In this document: positions 9,270 through 16,893 of the stretch, in pieces
Position numbering within the stretch: the first letter of the stretch is position 1
How the letters are laid out: each line of letters opens with the position of its first letter
Origin: a virus
Strand: one strand, 5' to 3'
IMG/VR virus record: IMGVR_UViG_3300025133_009669
Location: 23,462 to 87,461 of that record
Length of the DNA stretch: 64,000 bases
Made by a program: the position numbers and the translations under genes
The notes under the pieces: model-generated
Told to the model about the DNA's origin: nothing
The model's database searches: none
Seen by the model: the letters and a program-made list of their open reading frames with translations, nothing else

Positions 9270-11033
9270 ATGAAGAAAAAAGAAATAAATCTTGACATTT
9301 TACGAAAGCTCTATGTCGATGAGCGACTGTCTTCTGTTAAAATCGCAAAGAAGATGGATGTATCTTCAACTACGATATTGAAGGCTCTTAAAGACAATGG
9401 AATAATTAGACCTCCACTGCTTTGCGACGACAAAGCGTGGCTTAAGCGTCAATATATAGAGCTCAATAAAAGCTGCAGAACGATATCAGAAGAAAATAAT
9501 ATAAAGAAGCATATTGTTTCTTCGCGCATCAAAAGGTTTAAGCTGACAAAGAGCAAAGAAGACATTACTGCAGAGGCGAAAAGGGTGCGATCAAAGACAA
9601 ACTTAGAAAAGTTTGGACATAAAAACCCATTTCAGAACCAAGGCGTAAAAGATGCTATCCGCGAATCCTTTATGAGCAAATATGGGGTTGACCATCCAAT
9701 GAAAGACCCTACATACAGAGAGCGGGTAGAGGCCTCAAATCTGAAGAGATATGGAGTAAAAACTACACTCTTAGACTCGCAGGTTAAAGTTAAATCTGCA
9801 GAGACTAATCTTAAAAAATATGGGACACCAATTCCACAGCAATCTGACACTGTAAAGAGCAGGACTCGAAAGACTAATTTAGAAGCCTATGGTGTTGAGC
9901 ACTTTTATCAGAGCGAAGAGTTTAAGGCGTCTGCAGCAGAAACAAACCTGAAGAGATATGGCGTCAAAAATCCAATGCTCAATGCGGAGGTCAAAAGCAG
10001 AGCTCTTGCGAGCAGAGTGAAAGGCAACTCGGCAGAGACATCAGAAGTCTCCGGAGAGAAAGGATCTCACAAACTAATCTTTGGAGTCCCGGCCTTTGTC
10101 GTAGCTGAAAAGAATAAAATTCCATATAATACATTTAATCAATGGTTGAATAGAAGAATCTTTCCGCTATCCAAAGAAGACCTAGAGGTTTATCTAGAGG
10201 GATATAGGAGCAATGATACTTCTATCGAGATGACTCTATCAAGGGCCCTAAACCTTCCTCGCCATAATAAAAAGTTTGATAAAAAAAGATATCCAGATTT
10301 AAATTATAAGCCGGATTTTAAACTGTCAGATAAAATTGCGGTCAATGTTGATGGTCTTTATTGGCATTCCGAAAAGTTTAAAGACAAAAGATATCATTTT
10401 AAAATGCGGAAAGATTTCGAGAGTCATGGGCTGCATATGCTGCAGTTCCGCGAAGATGAGATCGACAATAAACTAGAGATTGTAAAATCGATTATAATGG
10501 CAAAATCTGGAAAGATTAGCAAAAGGCATTTCGCAAGAAAACTTAACTTGGTAGAGGTCTCAAATAGTGACGCAAGAGTCTTTCTCGACAAGACTCATTT
10601 AAAGGGTCATCTCGACGCAAAGCATATTGGTCTTAAGTCCGGCAATGATCTTATTATGATCATGTCCTATAAGATTTACTCCTCCAGGCTTAAGATTGAG
10701 CGACTGTCTTGTAAACTAAATACCATTGTTACTGGAGGCTTTTCTAAGCTTCTAAAGTTTTTAGAGAAAAAATTTTCAGATAATATTCGGCATGTAGATT
10801 ACTGGGTAGATCTCAGATATGGCACAGGTAATTTTTTAAGTAAGTTAGGGTTTTCCGCTGAGCGAGAAACGCTGGGTTTTGAGTGGACTGATACATATCA
10901 TGTTCATAATAGACTTAGGTGCGTTGCTAATAATAACGGGAACGGCAAGACTGAGGCAGAGTCTGGGAAAGAGCTTGGCTGGGTAAAGATTTATGACGCA
11001 GGCCAAAGGCTATGGACAAAGGAGCTGAGATGA
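9270..11033 (+). CDS. Free-standing putative homing endonuclease (HTH + YGVxxP repeats + Vsr/DUF559-like nuclease)
   Basis: Repeated T/SNLKKYGV..P units, PDF...AVNVDGLYWHS, LQFREDE, C-terminal KIYDAGQRLW; inserted between yeaH and spoVR. Confidence 0.75.
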   Translation: MKKKEINLDILRKLYVDERLSSVKIAKKMDVSSTTILKALKDNGIIRPPLLCDDKAWLKRQYIELNKSCRTISEENNIKKHIVSSRIKRFKLTKSKEDITAEAKRVRSKTNLEKFGHKNPFQNQGVKDAIRESFMSKYGVDHPMKDPTYRERVEASNLKRYGVKTTLLDSQVKVKSAETNLKKYGTPIPQQSDTVKSRTRKTNLEAYGVEHFYQSEEFKASAAETNLKRYGVKNPMLNAEVKSRALASRVKGNSAETSEVSGEKGSHKLIFGVPAFVVAEKNKIPYNTFNQWLNRRIFPLSKEDLEVYLEGYRSNDTSIEMTLSRALNLPRHNKKFDKKRYPDLNYKPDFKLSDKIAVNVDGLYWHSEKFKDKRYHFKMRKDFESHGLHMLQFREDEIDNKLEIVKSIIMAKSGKISKRHFARKLNLVEVSNSDARVFLDKTHLKGHLDAKHIGLKSGNDLIMIMSYKIYSSRLKIERLSCKLNTIVTGGFSKLLKFLEKKFSDNIRHVDYWVDLRYGTGNFLSKLGFSAERETLGFEWTDTYHVHNRLRCVANNNGNGKTEAESGKELGWVKIYDAGQRLWTKELR

Positions 11034-13621
11034 ACAAGGTATTGAGCGAAAGAGTTAAGATTCTAGAAAAAGAAGGCCGAGAGCTTGGCCTAGATTTTTA
11101 TCCAATTATTTATGAGGTGGTGCCGCAGGAGACTATGCTTGAAATAATGAGCTATGGTCTGCCAACTAGGGCTAGGCATTGGTCCTATGGGCAGTCTTAT
11201 GAATACCAGAAGATGCAGGGGGAAATGGGGTTCTCCAAGGTTTATGAGGTCATTCTTAATAACGACCCCTCTTATGCCTTCCTCTTAGACACCAATTCTG
11301 ATGTAATAAACACTCTTGTGATAGCACACGTACTCGGCCACTCACATTTTTTTAAAAATAACTATTTATTCAAGCAAACCGATAATAAAATGGTTTATCA
11401 CGCTGCCGAGCGGGCGCAAAGGATAGAGGGATACATAGAAAGATTCGGAATTGATGCGGTCGAGAGAACTATGGATATAGGATTTGCCCTTGATAGGCAT
11501 ATTGACTGGCATAAGGGCGTTCACAGAAAGCTCTATGAGAAAGAATCGAAGTTCTATAAAGATAGGGAGGTTGATGAGTTTTCAGACTTATTAGATGAAA
11601 AAGGTTTTTCGAAAGTGGAGGTAAAACCTGAGAACAAATTCCCTCCAGCTCCCGAGTTCGATATATTATGGTTTTTGATTAATTACTCTAAGAGCCTTGA
11701 ACCGTGGCAGGTCGATGTGCTTGATATCATTAGGAAAGAGTCATACTATTTTTATCCTCAGTATCTCACAAAGACAATGAATGAAGGACTTGCCTGTGTT
11801 ACGGGAGATTCCCTAGTATTTACTGAGCAAGGAATTCTTCCAATGGAAGATCTTGTCAAGGGTGATGCAAAGTTTGTAAATGATAATGAGACTAATAGAC
11901 TTATTCTTGCCAGAAGTGCTATGGGGGAAAAGCGTTGCATAAAGATAACTACAAAGCGTGGTTACGAAATATGTGGTGCAGATAATCATAAAATCCTTTC
12001 CAATGGAGAGTGGGTAGAGCTTCAGGACTTGTCGCTAGGAGATCGTGCAGATCTTGCTGTTGGAGCCCAAATTTGGTCAGAAGAGTATAGAGAAATTATT
12101 TATAATAAGAAAAGAAGAGAAAAGACGATAGCTGACGTCGCGGCTCTTGCCGGAGTATCGTCTGGAACTATTTGCCGAAGACTAAGGGGAAAGAATGTTT
12201 TGAATTCAGATCATATAGATTCTTTTATTAAAATTTATAAGGAAGAAAAGGCAGATCCAGACTTCAGAAGTAATTTAGGAAATATGGGAGAGTTTTCTAT
12301 TCCAAAAATTGTGGACGAAAAACTAGGCCGCTTCTTAGGACTTCTGGTTGGAGATGGCCATATATCTAGGGCGAACAGAAGCTTTGGTCTGACCTCAGGC
12401 GATAAAGTCCAAGCTGAAGAGTTTAGAGATTTAGCAAAAAGCCTGTTCGGCGTAAAGACAAAGATCAAAAAAGATGAGGGAAGATATAGGGCGAACTGCT
12501 ACTCTGAAGGCGTTTCTAATTTTCTAGAAAATTACATAGGATGCACGACAGGCGTGTCTGCTAGAAGAAAGAATGTTCCGAAATCTATAATGGAATCTCC
12601 AAAGAGCGTAATGTCCGCCTTTATCAGTGGCTTATTCGACGCAGACGGATGTGCTCATAAAGGTGGAATAACATTTGTTTCATCCAGCAAATCTATGGTG
12701 AAGAATCTTCAAATAATCTTAACTAATTATAATATCATATCGAGTAGGAATCTAAGAAAGGACGAGACATATGCTTTGACTATAGGTGGGATTTCAGCAA
12801 AAAGATTTTATGACCAGATTGGGTTTGGCCTAACACGAAAGCAGGAGGTCCTTAAGACCTATATTTTTGATAGAAAGTGGTTTTGCAAAGAGAATTCCTT
12901 TGACTCCATATCTAAAATAGAAGAGCTTAAAGAAGTGGTTTATGATATCTCTGTAGAGAAGACTCATAGGTATTCTTCAAATGGCTTTATAAATCATAAC
13001 TCACTCACACATGCCGAATTGATGTTTTCAACAGACTGCATAAATCATTCTGAGCATCTAAACTTTTGCAAAGTTCACGAAAAAGTTGTTCAGCCTGGAG
13101 GGAACAAGCTTAATATCAATCCTTATTTCCTTGGGTTTTCAATATTTGGAGACATTATAAAGAGGTGGGATGCAAAGAAGGAGGCTGGCGAGTCCGAAAT
13201 AGGAGGCTGGGAAAAAGTTTTTCAGGTGGTCCAAGATGAAGACGACATTTCCTTCATCAGAAATTATCTGACAAAAGAGTTGGCGGAAGAGCTAAAATTG
13301 TTTACATATGTAGGGATGAAGATGGCCTCGGGTGACGAGGCGATTCACATCGTCGGAACAGAGCTGGATATAATAAAGGAATCTTTGGTTAAAGACCTTT
13401 ATCATTATCGGGCCCCCCTAATCTGCATTACGTCTATAGAAGATGGCGTCTTGCAGTTGCAACATAAGAGCGGAGATATTGGAACTTTAGATTACAAGCA
13501 CTTGGAAGCTACGCTAGAGTACATCTACGAGGCTTGGGGCGCTCCGGTAAATATTGAGACGGTAGATTCGAGAGGAAACCCAACCCACTTCACCTATGAC
13601 GAATTAGGTTTTGGTGGATAA
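11030..13621 (+). CDS. spoVR: SpoVR/YcgB-family protein with intein
   Basis: GLPTRARHWSYG, YEVILNNDP, AHVLGHSHFFKNN, TKTMNEGLA|S, NPYFLG; ATG at 11030 overlaps the upstream stop. Confidence 0.92.
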   Translation: MNKVLSERVKILEKEGRELGLDFYPIIYEVVPQETMLEIMSYGLPTRARHWSYGQSYEYQKMQGEMGFSKVYEVILNNDPSYAFLLDTNSDVINTLVIAHVLGHSHFFKNNYLFKQTDNKMVYHAAERAQRIEGYIERFGIDAVERTMDIGFALDRHIDWHKGVHRKLYEKESKFYKDREVDEFSDLLDEKGFSKVEVKPENKFPPAPEFDILWFLINYSKSLEPWQVDVLDIIRKESYYFYPQYLTKTMNEGLACVTGDSLVFTEQGILPMEDLVKGDAKFVNDNETNRLILARSAMGEKRCIKITTKRGYEICGADNHKILSNGEWVELQDLSLGDRADLAVGAQIWSEEYREIIYNKKRREKTIADVAALAGVSSGTICRRLRGKNVLNSDHIDSFIKIYKEEKADPDFRSNLGNMGEFSIPKIVDEKLGRFLGLLVGDGHISRANRSFGLTSGDKVQAEEFRDLAKSLFGVKTKIKKDEGRYRANCYSEGVSNFLENYIGCTTGVSARRKNVPKSIMESPKSVMSAFISGLFDADGCAHKGGITFVSSSKSMVKNLQIILTNYNIISSRNLRKDETYALTIGGISAKRFYDQIGFGLTRKQEVLKTYIFDRKWFCKENSFDSISKIEELKEVVYDISVEKTHRYSSNGFINHNSLTHAELMFSTDCINHSEHLNFCKVHEKVVQPGGNKLNINPYFLGFSIFGDIIKRWDAKKEAGESEIGGWEKVFQVVQDEDDISFIRNYLTKELAEELKLFTYVGMKMASGDEAIHIVGTELDIIKESLVKDLYHYRAPLICITSIEDGVLQLQHKSGDIGTLDYKHLEATLEYIYEAWGAPVNIETVDSRGNPTHFTYDELGFGG
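11795..13000 (+). mobile_element. Intein (402 aa) with HTH and LAGLIDADG endonuclease in SpoVR
   Basis: CVTGDSLV...FINHN/S; LGLLVGDG and ISGLFDADG blocks; HTH-like TIADVAALAGVSSGTI. Confidence 0.92.
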
Positions 13622-13642
13622 TGAAGTAGACAGGAAGGAATA

Positions 13643-14203
13643 ATGACGATAGACGAGCAAACCTCCATGCCACCTGAGCCGCAAAGAAAGTTTTCTTCTG
13701 CTGATTTCTCTTTCCAGTTTAATGCTGCGAAGGAATATCTGAAGGCCGAAAAGAAAATCTTTAAAGTATTATGCGATATCTCCAAGGAGAATAGGGCCAA
13801 GCCAAAGAGCTTGGGCATCCTTGTCGTTCTTGGAGTGTTTGATAGTGCAAATGAACATATAATTCCCGGCATGAGGCAGATAGGAATTAATCCTATTCAG
13901 AAATATATCAATATATGCGATGATTCCTTTAAAAAGGATATCGCTACAATATTTCGAGAAGGAGCAGACGGCGCTATTATTATCAATAGAGATGGGCAAG
14001 TTATCGGAACCAAAGTCTATCTGGTTGTAGATGATTCTTCTCTGGAGGTTCCGGATGGCTGCGGAACTAGGCACATTAGTGCTGCGTCATTCTCCACTAG
14101 GGAGGACGTGCTTGCCGCCTTTACGCTTTCCGAGGAGAGTTCAATCGTAAGAAATTGGAAGAAGGGTTCGTTCGTAGAGCAGTATAACCCTGCCGATGAA
14201 TAA
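13643..14203 (+). CDS. Stand-alone diadenylate cyclase (DisA_N/DAC) domain protein
   Basis: DGAIII motif, GCGTRHISAA (RHR-like motif) and LSEE, typical of DAC domains. Confidence 0.8.
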   Translation: MTIDEQTSMPPEPQRKFSSADFSFQFNAAKEYLKAEKKIFKVLCDISKENRAKPKSLGILVVLGVFDSANEHIIPGMRQIGINPIQKYINICDDSFKKDIATIFREGADGAIIINRDGQVIGTKVYLVVDDSSLEVPDGCGTRHISAASFSTREDVLAAFTLSEESSIVRNWKKGSFVEQYNPADE

Positions 14204-14389
14204 TAAAAAAAATTTACATTAATAATCAAAGAAAAATTTAAGGAAAGAATATTTTATTTATATTTTGAAGCAGAAATCTTCTATTTAAAATGCTTTTGTA
14301 TATATTTGGCCAAGTCCATTTCTGCATATAAAAATGATATCAAATACTCTTAATAACAAAATTTTTTACAAATTTAAATAATAGACGAA

Positions 14390-14418
14390 TAGCCACCATA
14401 GTCGGTGGCTTATTTTTT
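14390..14418 (+). terminator. Hairpin plus T-tract upstream of the RNR gene
   Basis: agccacc-atagtc-ggtggct followed by tatttttt. Confidence 0.5.
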
Positions 14419-14479
14419 ATGCAATTAAAGAATCGTTAGGGCGGGCCACCTTTAACAATTATGGGCTAATGGCCTGCAA

Positions 14480-16105
14480 GTGGAGAGAAAAATGGAATTG
14501 GCGTCAAAAATTTTATCTGATATAACCGTGCATATGAAATACGCACGATATCTCGATTCTGAGAACAGGAGAGAGAACTGGGAAGAGCTTATTGCAAGAA
14601 GCGAGAATATGCATATTAAGAAGTTCCCCCATTTAAAGGATGAAATTAAAAAGGCGTATAAATTCGTATATGATAAGAAAGTTCTTCCGTCGATGCGCGT
14701 CCTCCAGTTTGGAGGTAAGCCAATTGAGATTGCGCCAAATAGAGCCTATAATTGCGGGTATTTGCCGATTGACGACATTCGGGCTTTCAGCGAAACAATG
14801 TTCCTTCTTCTTGGTGGAACAGGAATTGGATACTCTGTTCAAAAGCACCACGTTGAGCAGCTTCCTGAAATCAGGAAGCCTAATCCGAAAAGAACAAGGC
14901 GTTTTTTAATCGCAGACTCTATTGAGGGTTGGGCGGATGCCGTTAAGGCTTTAGTGAACTCTTATTTCAGAGAGACATCTAAGCTTCGATTTGATTTCTC
15001 CGATATTCGTCCTAAGGGCGCAAATCTGGTCACGTCTGGAGGCAAAGCTCCGGGCCCTCAGCCGCTAAAGGAGTGCTTAGTGAGGCTAGAGGGCATCCTC
15101 GATTCAAAAGAGACTGGAGACAGGCTCAGCCCCATAGAAGTCCATGATATGATGTGTTATATTGCGGATGCTGTTTTGGCTGGAGGCATTAGAAGGGCGG
15201 CATTGATTGCTCTGTTTTCTGCGGATGATGAAGAAATGATATCTTCAAAGTCAGGAAACTGGTCTGAGGCAAATCCTCAGCGGGGAAGAGCAAACAACTC
15301 CGTTGTCTTAATGAGGCATAGAATTAAGAAGGAATACTTCATGTCTCTCTGGGAGAAGATTAAGGCCTCTGGGGCGGGAGAGCCTGGTTTCTACTTTACA
15401 AATGACAAGGACTGGGGTTGTAATCCATGTTGCGAAATTGGCTTAAAGCCTTTTCAGTTTTGCAATCTTGTTGAAATAAACGCCTCTGATCTAGTCGACC
15501 AAGAGGACTTTAACTCTAGAGCCAAAGCTGCGTCATTCATCGGAACCCTCCAAGCCAGCTATACAGACTTTCATTATTTGAGGCCAATATGGCAAAGAAC
15601 AACCGAAAAGGATGCTCTCTTAGGAGTTAGTCTGACGGGCATTGCAAGCGGAAGAGTATTGGAGTTAGATGCGACATATGCCGCAGGAGTAGTTGGCGAA
15701 GAAAACATTCGAGTGGCTAACCTGCTAGGCATAAACCCCGCAGCAAGAACAACCTGTATCAAGCCTGCTGGCTGTCAAGTTCCATCCTCTGTGATTAGAA
15801 CTTCAGAGGGAGATATGAGTCTGCATGATATCTTCGCAAAGAACGGAATTGATTTAAGTGACCATCTAGATGAATATAGAGAGTGGTATGACGTTACTTC
15901 TGACATAAAAGTTCCGAATCAAAATGGTGAAATGAATTCCATAACAAGGTTGTTCGTAAATGGATTCGAAGAGTCTATCCGATTTACAATGGAGGATGGC
16001 TCCACTATAGAGTGTACGCCACATCACAAATTCATGATGGCCGATGGAGAATGGAAGCAGGCAATCGATATTACAGAGGAAGACGACTGGATGCATGTAG
16101 GGTAA
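14480..16105 (+). CDS. nrdJ: Class II (B12-dependent) ribonucleotide reductase, N-terminal part fused to split-intein IntN
   Basis: RRENWEE, VLPSMR, YNC, GGIRRAALI, NPCCEI, FCNL, CIKPAG followed by intein N-terminus CQVPSS; likely ATG at 14492. Confidence 0.9.
   Translation: MERKMELASKILSDITVHMKYARYLDSENRRENWEELIARSENMHIKKFPHLKDEIKKAYKFVYDKKVLPSMRVLQFGGKPIEIAPNRAYNCGYLPIDDIRAFSETMFLLLGGTGIGYSVQKHHVEQLPEIRKPNPKRTRRFLIADSIEGWADAVKALVNSYFRETSKLRFDFSDIRPKGANLVTSGGKAPGPQPLKECLVRLEGILDSKETGDRLSPIEVHDMMCYIADAVLAGGIRRAALIALFSADDEEMISSKSGNWSEANPQRGRANNSVVLMRHRIKKEYFMSLWEKIKASGAGEPGFYFTNDKDWGCNPCCEIGLKPFQFCNLVEINASDLVDQEDFNSRAKAASFIGTLQASYTDFHYLRPIWQRTTEKDALLGVSLTGIASGRVLELDATYAAGVVGEENIRVANLLGINPAARTTCIKPAGCQVPSSVIRTSEGDMSLHDIFAKNGIDLSDHLDEYREWYDVTSDIKVPNQNGEMNSITRLFVNGFEESIRFTMEDGSTIECTPHHKFMMADGEWKQAIDITEEDDWMHVG
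15773..16102 (+). mobile_element. Split intein N-fragment (110 aa)
   Basis: Cys1 after KPAG; block B IECTPHHKF; GEWKQAIDITEED then stop. Confidence 0.9.
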
Positions 16106-16189
16106 TTTGCCATTATAAACATTTGGGATAGCGACTGGCAAACAAATAGGGATAATGTAAAGCAGATGCTTAAGGACATAATAAAATGA
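16106..16189 (+). pseudogene. Remnant 3' end of a Vsr/DUF559-like endonuclease gene between the split-intein halves
   Basis: Translates to FAIINIWDSDWQTNRDNVKQMLKDIIK*, with its TGA overlapping the IntC ATG. Confidence 0.55.
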
Positions 16190-16869
16190 AAATAGTAAAA
16201 AAAGAAGTAACACAATCATTTACAGTAGATATAGAAGTTGAGAATACGCCTGTTTACCAGATGGCAAACGGATGCGTTTCTCACAATACTACTTCACTTA
16301 CACTGGGCACTTCCTCTGGAATTCATGCATGGCATAATGATTTTTACATAAGAAGGCTTCGCGTTGGAAAGAACGAGTCTATCTATTCTTATCTTGAGAA
16401 TAATCATCCAGAGCTTATCGAAGATGAATTCTTTAGACCGCATGATACTGCCGTGATTTCAGTGCCTCAGAAGGCACCCGCAGGAGCTATTACGCGAAGT
16501 GAAACGGCGACTGATCTGCTTGAAAGAGTGAAAAGAATGACAGTTGACTGGGTTAATCCCGGCTATCGAAAGGGTCAAAACACGCATAATGTTTCTGCCA
16601 CAATTACTGTGAAAAATGATGAATGGGATACCGTTGCAGATTGGATGTGGGAAAATAGGGACGTGTATAATGGCCTATCTATTCTTCCGCATTCAGAGCA
16701 TACGTATGTTCAGCCCCCATTCGAAGATTGTACGGAAGAAGTCTACAATGAGATGATGCACTCTCTAAAAGAAGTGAGAATAGAGAGCGTTTTGGAAGAG
16801 ACAGATAATACAGATCTTTCGGGAGAGCTGGCCTGCTCAGGGGGATCGTGTTCGATCTCTTACTTATAG
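16186..16869 (+). CDS. nrdJ: Split-intein IntC (34 aa, 16186-16287) fused to the C-terminal part of class II RNR
   Basis: MKIVKK...TVDIEV...NGCVSHN|TTSLTLGTSSGIH; HNVSATI, YVQPPFE, terminal ACSGGSC. Confidence 0.92.
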   Translation: MKIVKKEVTQSFTVDIEVENTPVYQMANGCVSHNTTSLTLGTSSGIHAWHNDFYIRRLRVGKNESIYSYLENNHPELIEDEFFRPHDTAVISVPQKAPAGAITRSETATDLLERVKRMTVDWVNPGYRKGQNTHNVSATITVKNDEWDTVADWMWENRDVYNGLSILPHSEHTYVQPPFEDCTEEVYNEMMHSLKEVRIESVLEETDNTDLSGELACSGGSCSISYL

Positions 16870-16893
16870 GGCATAAACCGTAGGGAGCTTGTT

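Noticed and set aside
16103-16188. Sequencing frameshift or pseudogene in the RNR gene
   Set aside because: The break falls exactly between intein N- and C-terminal splicing regions, and the second half has its own ATG and typical IntC start
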